A stretch of 64,000 bases of DNA, from positions 114,950,001 through 115,014,000 of the forward strand of contig CM059431.1 of NCBI GenBank assembly GCA_030390025.1. The letters run 5' to 3'. Shown here one piece after another: positions 38,430 through 50,466 of the stretch. The translations under genes were made by a program, and so were the position numbers. The DNA is from Squalus acanthias. Taxonomy: Eukaryota. Numbering within the stretch: the stretch's first letter is position 1; every line of letters starts with the position of its first letter. Below the pieces are notes generated by a model. That model was given only the letters and a program-made list of their open reading frames with translations. It had not been told where the DNA came from and searched no databases.

Positions 38430-39170
38430 AACTTCCCTTCCTGGCTGGCAAAGTTGTAAACGGTTCCCTCTCTTCAGGTACTGCCCCCCTCCCCTTAAAT
38501 TCTGCCATCCTCAGCACCCACTCATAAAAAGCCACCCTTGACCCCTCTGTCCTGAAAATTGCCACCCCATCTCCCTTTCCTCTTCAAAGCCCTTGAACAT
38601 GTTGTCGCCTCCCAAATCCGTGCCCATCTTTCCAGTAATTCCATGTTTGAACCTCTCCAATCAGGTTTCCGCCTGTGCCACAGAACAGAAATGGCCCGAA
38701 TCAAAGTTACAAATAACATGCTCTGTAACTGTGACCGTGGTGCACTATCACGCTTCAACCTTTTCGACCTCTCTGCAGCCTTTGAGATGGTTGGCCACAT
38801 TATCCTCCTCCAATGCCTCTCCTCTGTTGTCCAGGTAAGAGGGATTGCCCTCACTTGGCTCCACTCGTACCTATCCAGTCATAGCCAGAAAATTCTCCTG
38901 TAATGGCTTCTTTTCCCACCCCCGCACTATTACCTCAGGAGGTCTCCAGGATTTATCCTTGTCCCCCCTCCTATTTCTCATCTACATACTTCCCCCCGGT
39001 GACATCAGCCGAAGACATGAAGTCAGGTACTACATATACGCTGATGACAACAAACTACCTCACTACCACCTCTCTCGAACCCGCCACTGCTTCTGTATTG
39101 TCAGCCTGCTTGTCCAACTTCCTGGATAAGCCACAATTTTGTCCAATCAAATAATGTGAAGACAAAAGAC
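38430..39170 (+). mobile_element. L2 RT fragment
   Basis: LPFLFKALEHVVASQI, LQSGFR, FDLSAAF, YIYADD. Confidence 0.85.
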
Positions 39171-39173
39171 ATT

Positions 39174-40650
39174 GGCCGGAATTTTCCAGGGGGTCAGCGG
39201 GCAGGATCGGTGGCGGGGCAGGTGGGAAATTTGATTTTTTTTTGACAGCGGGTCAGGACCCCGCTGTCAACCCGCCTTTCCCAATGTCGGGTCTGTCAGC
39301 GCTGAGCAGACCCGACAGGCAGCGGCAGGCGACCCAATCAAACTCATTAGCATCTAGTTGACAGATCATTAACAGGTGTTTTTAACTTACCTTTTCACTT
39401 TAACTTTATGGCCACGGGAACCACGCTGTTCGGGGACCACGTCTGTGAACCTGAGGCAGGAGTTGAATGGCCATTGCTCCAACTGATTACTTGACAACTT
39501 CAAATGTACAGTAAAAGCTCCCACCTGGCAGATGATCACTTTCCTCAGCCACAAGCTGTTTCTCAGTCCATTTCCAGCACAGATTCTGCAGGCTTTCCAC
39601 TTTCCACTCTCCATCCACTCTTACCTCATTGGAAGAACTCTCTCACCATTGACAGATCGCTTCTGTCATCTCTACTTTACCTGCCATCTATTCCATCAAC
39701 ATGGGTGCCCTTTATACTGTCTCACCTTGGTCCTCAGAATCCGACCACGATGAGCCCCAACATCAGCAGCACCAGGCACACCAGCAGCACCAACAACAAC
39801 ACCAACCTTCTCCACAATCACCTGACGCTGCATAGGACAGAGGGCATCAGCATCTGACTACATTGCTGCCTGGGAGGCCAGGGATGGCCTCACCACGGCC
39901 AGATATACTTCATTTGACCCTGTACACCCTGGCTGCCACATGATGAACCAGGTTGGCACCACCCCACACCAAAACCATAAAGCATCCCTACAATGTCCAA
40001 GCCATTCCTTTCACACTCACCACCATTGCGGGGGGTACCGTTATGTCTCACCATTCTCTGCAACTCACTAAGCCGCTTCCAAAGGTGCACACTGATCTGT
40101 CCAAGAACGGAAAGTGTAAAAATAAAGGCTTCAATGTTTGACAGCACATTAACAGAAACTTTACATGAACATTGGATGAAAGACCAAAGTGGCTACCCTT
40201 GTGTGTTGTTAGTTGGTATGATTGCACTAGGATGAGGGTGAGTGTGAGGGGTGGCTAGTGAGATGGGGATGTGATAATGTGGATAGAGAGAGAGGGATGG
40301 GTGGAGGTGCAAGGTAAGTTGGGTAAGGATGTGCAGGAGTAGGGTAGGGAAGGCAGAGTGATGGGGATGTGATGAGTGGCACAGCAGGATGAAGGTAAGT
40401 GTGGCTTTGTACTAACGTTTCCTGATCTAATGAGATAATTGAAAGGTTTGCGCCACTGCACCCAGGTCCTTCTGACGACATCCCTGCTTGTGACCTCCTC
40501 GGCAATGTGCAGCCAGGCTGCGTTGGTCTCCTGGGGAGATGTCTTCCGCCCATGGTAAGGGAAGAGGACCTCCATAAACATATGGAGGGAGTCGTGGGAG
40601 AACCTGGGTGCAGCCCTCTGCCTCAGTCATTGTCAGTGTTTGCAGCACTT
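39174..40650 (+). mobile_element. Internally deleted Harbinger related to the 4835 element
   Basis: Left end GGCCGGAATTTTCC. Transposase N-terminus from 39701 (MGALYTVSPWSSES..) is fused to its C-terminus. Minus-strand SANT exon (AWLHIAEEV..RTWVQWRKPFN..RSGN) has a GTTAGT donor at the same position as in the 4835 element. Confidence 0.82.
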
Positions 40651-40654
40651 CAAT

Positions 40655-40965
40655 GCTGGAGGAGAGAGAGGTAGAAAGGAGGATAGGTTAAGGGAGGGAA
40701 TTCTAGAGCTTAAGGTCTAGATAGCTGAAGCCACGGCTGCCAATGGTGGGGCAAAGAAAGTGCGGGATGCACAAGAGGCCAGAGCTAGAGGAATGCAGAG
40801 TTCTTGGAGGATTGTAGGGCTGGAGGAGGTTACAAATATAGGCAGGGACAAGGCCATAAAAGGATTTGAACACGAGGATGAAAATTTAAAAATTGAAGCA
40901 GGGAGCCAATATAGGTCAGTGAGCAAAGGGGTAATGGGCAAGCGGGACTTGGTGTGAGTTAGGAT
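40655..40965 (-). mobile_element. L2 3' fragment
   Basis: ILTHTKSRLPITPLLTDLYWLP motif. Confidence 0.8.
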
Positions 40966-41139
40966 ATGAATAAGGGTTGTATATGTGAATGCATCCAAAC
41001 CTGTGTGGTTGGGGTGTACCCCTTCATAAACTTGTTTGATGCTACAGTGGCTGGAGTGTCAAAATTGAAAATAGTGAGGCCGTGTGGAAAAGCTGCTTAA
41101 TGCACTGGGCTAGCCAATCAGAATTGTCAAAGTACTGTA

Positions 41140-42140
41140 AAACCTAGAAGGATGCTCATGTAGTTCCAATTTTCAAAAAGGAGACAAAGCAGTCACTGGG
41201 AACTATAGGCCTATTAGTTTGACTTCAGTTATAGGAAAAATGCTCAAAGGAATCATGAGTGATGCTCTATATGATCAACTAGACAGAGAAGGAGCCATTC
41301 GGGTCACCCAACATGGCTTCTGGAAAAGAAGGTCATGTCTTACTAATTTGATTGAGTTTTTTGAAGAAGTCACTAGGACTATCCATTACAAAATTAAACA
41401 TCCCATTTTGTACTTGCACAAGACCTTGGCAAGGCCTCATTTAGAATACTGTGTCTAGTTTTTGTCCTCTCAAATGATGCGTGATATTGAGGCTCTGGAA
41501 AAGGTTCAGAGGAGGGCCACAAGAATGATTTCCAGTTTAAAACCCCTTACCTACCCAAATAGGTTTAAGGAGCTGGGTCAATATACTTCAGAGAATCGCA
41601 GACTCAGGGCGATTTGATTGAGGTCAGTAAAATAATGAATGGACTAGGTAGTGTGCACACTGACAAATTATTTCAATTTCATTGGTTGGGGAGGACCAAG
41701 GGTTATGCATATAAATTCCGCAAGAGAAGAAATAGGTTAGATGATAAGTGATTCTTCTTTTCCCAGATCATAGTGGACCTGTGGAACATTGCGGTGAATG
41801 CTGATTTACTGTGCACCTTCAAGAGAGAGCTGGACCCATTCCTGTGTAGGGCAGAGATCGCATAATAAAAGATGTAGGCGCCAATTAATATGTCATGGTC
41901 GATGTGGTCTCCTGGACTAGTTTTGATCATCTAGAGGGATTTGAGAGGAATTTTCTAGATTTTGTTTCGCTAATAGGCTAATATGTCAAACTAATAGGCT
42001 TATAGTTCCCTGGGACTGTTTTTCTCCTCTTCCAGGAGACTAGGGAGTAGGGAGTTTCTTGACCTGATGCTTACGGCATCACAACTGTACGGGACAGGCT
42101 AACTGGTCTTTACCTGTCTAATGCTTTTGTATATTCGTGA
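41140..42140 (+). mobile_element. Old, internally deleted CR1
   Basis: NYRPISLTSVIGKML, QHGF, SCLTNLIEFFEEVT joined to ARPHLEYCV. Confidence 0.8.
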
Positions 42141-42991
42141 CAGTGTTTTTAAATCAGTGTCTGGAGGGCAGATAATAACCTAAAGCTGCTCTAAAATAAA
42201 ACTGGGAAAAATATTTTTTCCTTATCTTCTGTTTTACTCTTTTGCACTGGGAGAGGAGAGAGATTTTAAGTGGGGTTGAATATTTGTGTGGAGAGTATAT
42301 TCACCCTTAGTCGTGTGACATTCTGCACCCTTGGCATTCAATCAACATGGAGGCTGCTTATTGGCTCAAATGCCTTAAAAAATAGAAATTATTGCTTAAT
42401 TATCAGCTACAGAGAGCAGGCAAAGATAATTAAACTTCAACCAGAATTTATACCTCTTGTTTGTAGTGAGTCATTACATTTGATGTAGGATCAGTAGCCA
42501 AATCTATGCTGATTGACAAAGTGCACCAAGTGCATCTTCATAACCGTACATATAGTCCACACACAGCAGCTGAAAAGGTGCAGGTGCAGTGGGAGTAAAT
42601 TATAAGGGAGAATGGAACAGATGTGGGGGTAAATATTGTCCCTGTTTACACTTTGTGACCTGTGAGAGTTTGCATTACACCAGGACAGATTGAGAGTGTA
42701 GAATTTGTCAAGTTTACACTGGTAATTGAAGATTAGATTTCAGAAGTCATTGAATCCACTCTGAATTCTACTTCCCAATATAAGGAGAGAGTACTTAATT
42801 TACATATATTTGTAGATGTTACCCTGAGCGAAGATGAGCACAGGTAGCTGCCAAATTCTTTCTTTCCTAAATGTCCAACAGATCCATTATTAGATTGTCC
42901 TTCCCCACTGGCGTTCCTCCACTCACGACTGAAAGAGGTGAAAGTAGTCCTTAGGACTGCAATTCAAGCTTCGTAGCATAGGAGGTGGAGC

Positions 42992-43620
42992 ATGAAATTG
43001 GTTTTGGTGGGTTGTGGTGTGTTTCTTGTAGTTAGAACTGCGGAGGTCAGACGCAATTTTTGTTGTAAGCAGTGTCTTCAAATTAAAGTTCTGAAGAGAC
43101 AGACAGTATTATTATACAGTGGGGTTGATATGTGTAGGGAGATCAGTGAATGTGAACTATTCGTTAACGAGGCATGGCTTTTGTTGGATGCAGTAGGTGA
43201 GACAGATGAGAGGGGTGGACTACTTCAATGAGCTGCACAAAGTACCTGTTTGTGAAATGACAAAGGAAGAAGAAGCAGTGAGTGAGTAACAGTACAGAGA
43301 AGCAGCAACATGGAAAGATCAATTCAGTACTGCAGAGAATAGAAGGGTTGAACAAATTTCAGATAGGAAGATGAAACAAAACAATGTAGATTAGAGGAAT
43401 TAAGGAGAAAACAGTGCTTGAAAAAGGATAAGGGAGGGTAATGGTATTAGGAGGTTTAAAGGTATAATATATGGACCGTTCTTCCTATCGTAAAAGAATT
43501 GTCTGCCATTGGCAAAGGTTGGGACTAAAGGTGAGAAGGTGGATAAACTAATACAAAGCCATTGGAATTAAAGATAACTAGGACTGTTTCTAGGATCAAA
43601 CTGACAGAAGCAGGCAGATC
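42992..43620 (+). pseudogene. Decayed CR1 ORF1 (zinc-finger/leucine-zipper N-terminus and esterase remnant)
   Basis: FCCKQCLQIKVL...CREISECELFVNEAW resembles the CR1 ORF1 CxKCxQLxxL..LRxIRE pattern; degenerate esterase-like segment near 43440-43520. Confidence 0.55.
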
Positions 43621-43762
43621 AGCCACTAATACAGAAAATTACACAGGAGTCAAGGAGCCTGCTTTTTCACGAACTTGTTTTGGGGTGGGCGGAGTCAGAA
43701 AATCCAACAGTGCCACATCCCCACCCCTAGCAACATGACTTGTGACTTTCTGCCCCAAGTGA

Positions 43763-46045
43763 GGTCAGCAGTGGAACACTAAAGCCCCTCCGGAACCTTC
43801 TTCCCCTTCACTTTCCTCTGACCCCCCTTCTCCCAATCTCACCCCCTGCCGCGTTTTCACTATCCCCTCTGACCTTCCCCTCTCTGACTCCGAACGATCA
43901 GTCCTCAGCAAAGGCCTGAGCTTCATCCCCTTACGCCCCCATCTCAATGAATTTCGAGCTCGGCACGATGCTGAGCTCTTTTTCCGCCGCCTCCGTCTCC
44001 GTGCCCACTTCTCTGGCCAGGAGTCTTCCCCCCGCACGGCTGACCCTTTCTCCCGCTTTCAGAATTCTCGTTCCACCTGGACCCCTCCCTCTGGCCTCTT
44101 ACCCTCTCTTGATCTTTTCATTGCTAACTGCCGCCGTGACATCGGCCAGCTCAATTTCTCTGCTCCCCTCACTCACTCCAACCTACCTCCCTCTGAACTT
44201 GCAGCACTCCATTCTCTCCGATCCAACCCTGACATTGTCATTAAACCTGCTGACAAGGGTGGCGCTGTTGTTGTTTGGCGAACCGACCTCTACCTAGCGG
44301 AAGTTGAACGCCAACTCTCTGACACCTCCTCCTACCTCCACCTGGACCATGACCCCACTACCGAACATCAAGCCACCGTGTCCAAGACTGTCACTGACCT
44401 CATCTCCTCTGGAGATCTTCCCCCCACGGCCGCCAACCTCATAGTTCCCCAAACCCGCACAGCCCGCTTCTACCTCCTTCCCAAGATCCACAAACAGGAC
44501 TGCCCCGGTAGACCCATCGTTTCAGCCTGTTCTTGCCCCACGGAACTTATCTCTTCCTATCTCGACTCTATTTTTTCTCCCCTTGTCCAGTCTCTTCCCA
44601 CCTACATCCGCGACTCTTCCGATGCCCTCCGCCATTTTAACAGTTTCCAGTTTCCCGGCCCCAACCGTCTCCTCTTCACTATGGACGTACAATCCCTCTA
44701 CACCTCCATTCCCCACCAGGATGGCCTGAGGGCGCTCCGCTTCTTCCTTGAACAGAGGCCCAACCAGTCCCCATCCACCACCACCCTCCTCCGCCTGGCT
44801 GAACTTGTTCTCACATTGAACAACTTCTCCTTTGACTCTACCCATTTCCTCCAAATTAAAGGTGTTGCTATGGGTACCCGCATGGGTCCTAGCTATGCCT
44901 GCCTTTTCGTGGGATATGTGGAACACTCTTTGTTCCAGTCCTACTCGGGTCCCCTCCCTCACCTCTTTTTCCGGTACATTGATGACTGTATCGGTGCCGT
45001 CTCCTGCTCTCGCCCTGAACTAGAACATTTCATTCACTATGCTTCCAATTTCCACCCTTCCCTCACCTTCACATGGTCCATCTCCGACTCTTCCCTTCCC
45101 TTCCTCGACTTCTCCATCTCCATCTCTGGGGATAGGTTATTGACTAACATTCACTACAAGCCCACCGACTCCCACAGCTACCTGGACTACACTTCCTCCC
45201 ACCCCGCCTCCTGTAAGGACTCTATTCCATTCTCCCAGTTTCTCCGTCTCCGCCGCATCTGCTCTGATGATGCCACCTTCCATACTAGTGCTTCCGACAT
45301 GTCTTCTTTTTTCCTCAACCGAGGATTCCCCTCTACCGTGGTCGACACGGCCCTCGACCGTGTCCGTTCTATCTCCCGCACATCTGCCCTCACCCCTGCC
45401 CCTCCCTCCCGGAACCATGACAGGGTTCCCCTTGTCCTCACCTTTCACCCCACCAGCCTCCACATTCAACGGATCATCCTCCGCCATTTCCGCCACCTCC
45501 AGCGTGATCCCACCACCAAACACATCTTCCCCTCACCTCCCCTTTCAGCATTCCGCAGGGACCGCTCCCTCCGCGACACCCTAGTCCACTCCTCTACCAC
45601 CCCCAGCACCCCTTCCCCTTCGCCCGGCACCTTCCCGTGCACGCGCAGGAGATGCAACACATGCCCTTATACCTCCCCTCTTCCCACTGTCCAGGGCCCC
45701 AAACACCCCTTCCAGGTGAAACAGCGATTTACTTGTACTTCCTGCAATTTAGTATACTGTATTCGCTGCTCACGATGTGGACTCCTCTACATTGGGGAGA
45801 CCAAACGCAGATTGGGTGACCGCTTTGCGGAACACCTCCGTTCAGTCCGTAAGGGGGACCCCGAGCTCCCGGTGGCCTGTCACTTTAATTCACCGCTTCA
45901 CTCCCACTCTGACCTCACCGTCCTCGGCCTATTACACTGTTCCACGGAAGCTCAGCGTAAGCTCGAGGAACAGCACCTCATCTTTCGTTTAGGCACGCTA
46001 CAGCCCTCTGGACTCAATATCGAGTTCAACAATTTTAGATCATAA
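43763..46045 (+). CDS. PLE polyprotein: RT + GIY-YIG endonuclease (760 open codons, no native start)
   Basis: The 44378 ORF frame stays open back to 43763: VLSKGLSF, KPADKGGAVVV, YLLPKIHK, PGRPIVS, MDVQSLYT, GVAMGT, RYIDD, LPFLD, CxxC/H motifs, VYCIRC..LLYIGET. Confidence 0.92.
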   Translation, partial: GQQWNTKAPPEPSSPSLSSDPPSPNLTPCRVFTIPSDLPLSDSERSVLSKGLSFIPLRPHLNEFRARHDAELFFRRLRLRAHFSGQESSPRTADPFSRFQNSRSTWTPPSGLLPSLDLFIANCRRDIGQLNFSAPLTHSNLPPSELAALHSLRSNPDIVIKPADKGGAVVVWRTDLYLAEVERQLSDTSSYLHLDHDPTTEHQATVSKTVTDLISSGDLPPTAANLIVPQTRTARFYLLPKIHKQDCPGRPIVSACSCPTELISSYLDSIFSPLVQSLPTYIRDSSDALRHFNSFQFPGPNRLLFTMDVQSLYTSIPHQDGLRALRFFLEQRPNQSPSTTTLLRLAELVLTLNNFSFDSTHFLQIKGVAMGTRMGPSYACLFVGYVEHSLFQSYSGPLPHLFFRYIDDCIGAVSCSRPELEHFIHYASNFHPSLTFTWSISDSSLPFLDFSISISGDRLLTNIHYKPTDSHSYLDYTSSHPASCKDSIPFSQFLRLRRICSDDATFHTSASDMSSFFLNRGFPSTVVDTALDRVRSISRTSALTPAPPSRNHDRVPLVLTFHPTSLHIQRIILRHFRHLQRDPTTKHIFPSPPLSAFRRDRSLRDTLVHSSTTPSTPSPSPGTFPCTRRRCNTCPYTSPLPTVQGPKHPFQVKQRFTCTSCNLVYCIRCSRCGLLYIGETKRRLGDRFAEHLRSVRKGDPELPVACHFNSPLHSHSDLTVLGLLHCSTEAQRKLEEQHLIFRLGTLQPSGLNIEFNNFRS

Positions 46046-46150
46046 CCTCAGCTCCAATCACATTTATATTTTATTTTATCCACCCTTTTATTTGTCCCCC
46101 CCACCTTTTTTTTTCCTCCTAGAAGCTGGCAGCTGTCCTTCATTCTGCCA
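43777..46150 (+). mobile_element. Penelope-like retroelement, 5'-truncated, young
   Basis: Perfect 11-bp TSD CAGCAGTGGAA (43766-43776 / 46151-46161) around an uninterrupted RT-EN frame. Confidence 0.93.
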
Positions 46151-46418
46151 CAGCAGTGGAAGCTCCTATCCAAATCTTGGTGCTCCTCGGTGATTTCACA
46201 GTGGCAGCAGGGTGTGAGGTGTTTTTCTTCAGGATCTTTTTGGGATTGTTGTGGGCCTTATCTCAGGACAGGATCGATCCCAGAGGGACCTGCTGCAGTC
46301 TGTGTTTCACCTGCTGCTGCAGAGGCCAGCTTAATTCTGGCTGCTTTCTGCCATATGTGCAGGCATCCGAGGGGTCTGACAGGCGGGCACCACACTGTTA
46401 CTTCTTGATTTACCTCAT

Positions 46419-46732
46419 AGAATCACAGAATCACAGAATCCCCACAGTGCAGATAGAGGCCATTTCGGCCCATCGAGCCTGCACCGACACATATCCCACC
46501 CTATCCCCGTATTTAATCCCCCCTAACACTAAGGGTCAATTTATCATAGCCAAATCAACCTAACCCGCACATCTTTGGACTGTGGGAGGAAACCGGAGCA
46601 CCCGGAGGAAACCCACGCAGACACGGGGAGAATGTGCAAACTCCACACAGACATTCACCCGGGGCCGGATTCGAACCCGGGTCCCTGGCGCTGTGAGGCA
46701 ACAGTGCTAACCACTATGCCACCGTGTTGCCC
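46419..46732 (-). mobile_element. HE1-like tRNA-derived SINE with (GATTCTGT)n tail
   Basis: Same head and body as the 27898 copy but a different 3' tail; short (C)TCAT duplication at the flanks. Confidence 0.9.
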
Positions 46733-47475
46733 TCATCTTCTGTTTTTCTCTTTTAAACCTTGGTACTATCTTACACGCTAATCAGGCCCTTGGTTTTTCA
46801 TCCTGGTTCATCACGAAAAAGTCAAACAAACTTAAAAACAGAAAGAGGCATACTCACACAAATACAAAAACAGAGAGATACGTGTATATAGTGAGAGAGA
46901 AAGTCCCACACAGGAAAACATATACATTCATCACTCATGGACCAAGATGGTGGACAGGCAACGCACCTCTGTCTATGATGCATTGAACTGAGTGACATCT
47001 GATGTTAACATTGCCTATGCTCAGTGACGTTTTTTCTTCCGACTAGTTTCCATTTTAAAAATTAGTAAGCAATATCAAAATATCAAAAAGTCAGAAAATA
47101 ATGATTAATGAAGGCAATAAAACAACACAGTCAGCAAGTATAAACACACAAGTCTTGCTACAGGAACTAATTTCAGCACCCGAGTGTTAAAAACCAGATT
47201 TTAGCATTAAATTCAAATGGACGTATTGAAAGGATTGCTAAACACCTCTAACAAAATGCTGCATATACAGTTTGACTCTTTATTTGTGATCTCTGATATA
47301 TTATTGCTGAGATGATAAAGGGCTAAAAGTTATGAACAGTAAGGATTACTAATTATATATATTTTTAATTATTACTTTGCCAAGGCCCTAATGCTCATTC
47401 TATTTGTTTTTAGATTGACTGGTTTCACAGTACACAATAATAGTGACTGCATTTCCATCTTCCTCCTCCTCTAAG

Positions 47476-47681
47476 GTTACTCTTTGGGCTGTGTTTGCCA
47501 AGGTATCCTATCTCTCCCCGGTACATTCTTTCCCAAGTAGCTACAGAGGCTGTTCATATCCGGCAGGCCCAGAAACTCCATGGTGACTGCATGAACAATT
47601 GCAATGATGTGACAAAAAATCATAAAAAGGCTATTTGCTTTGGGGCGGATATTGAGGGACCTCTGATATGTGACTACACAG
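47476..47681 (+). other. Candidate exon of an unidentified plus-strand transcript
   Basis: Pyrimidine tract + AAG acceptor, consensus donor CAG|GTAAGT, one fully open frame (LLFGLCLPRYPISPRY...FGADIEGPLICDYT). Confidence 0.35.
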
Positions 47682-48165
47682 GTAAGTGTGTGCAAACATC
47701 CCTTCCAAGTACACAGACAAGGAAAGCTTAAAATGTGCATAGTTACTTATCATCATTGTTTACTTATGCATATGGGTGGATGACAGGAACTGGACTGAAA
47801 CTAATTTTTTTTTCCATTCAGAGGAAGACTATACAGAGATTAAAGCAATCTGGATTCAGGAACCTTGTTTTCGCATTGCATATTGTATGTTACTCTTAGA
47901 CAGTGACGTGTTACTGATAATTTCCTCTGCTCAATGCTTATACAGTAAACCTTGTAATAATTCGAGAATATGAGAATATGATATATGGAGTGGTCAGATA
48001 TGAATTATATCACTACACATGATCTGACCTAATAACTCACCTTTGCCACGAATTACTTGTCGAGTCAGGTCGCAAGTGATATACTTCATCACTCACAAGT
48101 AAATAAACATGTTGTGGAAATGTTTATATTTTAATAATACACACTATTCTACAACTATGTATATA

Positions 48166-49988
48166 AGTGAGAAGTCACACAACACCAGGTTATAGTCCAA
48201 CAGCTTTATTTGAAATCACAAGCTTTCGGAGCACTGCTCCTTCGTCGGATGAAGTGAAGGTATTTCTTCACTTCACCCGACGAAGGAGTGTAAAATTCGC
48301 AAATTATCGCGATTCAAAAATAACGAGAGAGAGATACAGTTTCGTTCAAGTAGTTTTATTTCAGCGAAATGCTGTCATGTTTCAAAACGGACACAAGAAG
48401 CCTGTAAAATGGCCGCCGGGCCTCGTGGCAGAAGTTTCTAGAATTTCCAGTAGACAGACAAGATGGCGTTCGAATAAACATTTCAGAGTAAGATTGGATA
48501 ATACTCTGCAAACATTGGTAAAGACAGGATGCAACCTGTCGGCATTCGACACAATAGCAAAGATATAAGTGCTGGAATCGTTTTCCATGTACAAGTGAGG
48601 ACTATTGTACTGGGCAATCAGAGGCCCCATCAAAAAGACATCAATACGCAAATTCCCCGCAAGCTCTACAAGAGAGAGCCATTCGCGGGTGCTTACACAA
48701 ATATTTCGGAGGCCCCCAATACACCGCCAGGGAAGCTCCCAGCCGGTTCCACAATGGGAGAAACATTAACGGGTATTTGGCCAGTTACAAGTGTCACCGA
48801 AACCCATTACAAACAAGAATCACCCCATACTGAGAAGTTTGAGTGCCAAGATTTTACAAAAAGATGAACATTAAGATTGGGCGGGAGATAAGGGAACCGA
48901 GTACTATAACTATAGACAACAAATGTCCATCACTCTCTTATTCTCTTGGCTCTTGACTCTTATCTCTGCTGACTATGGACTCGGGCTGAACTCTTATCCT
49001 TTCATTCGCTTGGAATCGACTCTTGGCTCTTATCCCGGACGACCGTTATTCTCTCTTGTTCCGCTGATCCCTTTTGGGGTCGACCTCGTGGCGCGCTGCG
49101 AAATCGGGTGCACCATCCCGAAGGTCGGTAAACAGTGTATGGACCCGAAGGCCCGAGGAGATGAGATGAGATGAGAAGAGAAGAAGAAGAATCCACGTGC
49201 CGCCGCGGTCAGTAAACCCTGACCGCGCCCAAAATATATGAACATTGTTAAGCTATATAAGTTTTGATCGGGAATCCGAGGTCAACACAGATCTTCATAA
49301 CAGCAGACGATTTAGCCTGCTAGCCGGAGCAGAGCAAATAAACAAGTGGGGTACAGAGACCCCATGTCAACACATGAACGGTCAGGTGTTGCAGCGAAAA
49401 CAGCCGAGCGCCGTTTTAGAATTCTCCGAGGTATTACGAGTGGTGAGCATGTTTCTCGATCCTACAGATCTAGATTAGAGCAGGCATTGATTGGGGAGGG
49501 GGGTTTATTAAGGATAATTATAATGTGTGTCCCCTTTTTTGACGTGTCGTGCGCTCCTCGTTTCCCTAAACCTAGTTTAATAAATGTATGTAAGCTTGTA
49601 CTGTCATTAATTTGTGCCTATGACATGTACTTCATAATTTTGGACGCTATGCAATAAAGATTTCCATTTCGTACTATTCAACCGGGTCTATTTGAGTTTT
49701 TCTCTGCATTACTGCTCTCGCACCTAAGTCCAGTGTTAGAACCGTAAGGGCGAGTGGGTCGAACCACTCACAGGTGCTTATTGCAATAAGGCTGGCAGGA
49801 GACCAGAGCAAGCAATAGTATTAGGCAACGAAGGCCTAACCCCGCACAAGCACCCTGAACCGAACCCCTTACAGGAGCAGCGCTCCGAAAGCTTGTGATT
49901 TCAAATAAAGCTGTTGGACTATAACCTGGTGTTGTGCAACTTCTCACTTTTGTCCACCCCAGTCCAACACCGGCATCTCCGCATCATG
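48166..49988 (+). mobile_element. Fold-back PLE-derived element with hammerhead motifs, copy 1 (split by a solo LTR)
   Basis: ~94-bp inverted arms around loop GTATTT plus a ~40-bp tail; 12-bp TSD ACTATGTATATA (48154-48165 / 49989-50000). Confidence 0.85.
48289..49873 (+). mobile_element. Solo LTR copy 1 (1585 bp; ERV or Gypsy, unresolved)
   Basis: TGTAA...TTACA termini, 4-bp TSD GGAG, ATTGG/GC box and TATA-like at ~48875-48915, AATAAA at ~49653. Confidence 0.88.
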
Positions 49989-50044
49989 ACTATGTATATA
50001 GGCACTCGCACATTCCCAAACATTCTTTGCAAGATGGCTTTTTT

Positions 50045-50466
50045 AAATTCATTCATGGGATGAGGACATTGCTGGCAAGGCCAGCATTTATTGCCCATCC
50101 CTAATTGCCCTTGAGAAAGTGGTGGTGAGCCGCCTTCTTGAACTGCTGCAGTCCGTGTGGTGAAGGTACTCCTACAGAGCTGTTAGGGAGGGAGTTCCAG
50201 AATTTTGACCCAACGACAATGAAGGATCGGCGATATATTTCCAAGTCAGGATGGCATGTAACTTGGAGGGGAACTTGCAGGTGATGATGTTCCCATGCGC
50301 CTGCTGCCCTTGTCCTTCTAAGTGGCAGAGGTCGTGGGTTTGGGAAGTGCTGACAAAGAAGCCTTGGCGAGTTGCTGCGGTGCATCTTGTAGATGGTACA
50401 CACTGCAGCCACGGTACGCCGGTGGTGGAGGGAGTGAATGTTTAAGGTGGTGGATGGGGTGCCAAT
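50045..50466 (-). mobile_element. Zenon-like LINE 3' fragment
   Basis: Homologous to 718-1140 (KKAAHHHFLKGN). Confidence 0.85.

Noticed and set aside
44294..45992. Multiple antisense and alternate-frame ORFs over the PLE (similarly over CR1 and RTE copies)
   Set aside because: Shadow ORFs caused by the strong compositional bias of the retroelement coding strand.
48289..49873. Retrozyme (hammerhead-containing LTR element)
   Set aside because: No CUGANGA..GAAA core was seen within the LTR itself; the hammerheads belong to the separate hairpin elements with their own TSDs.
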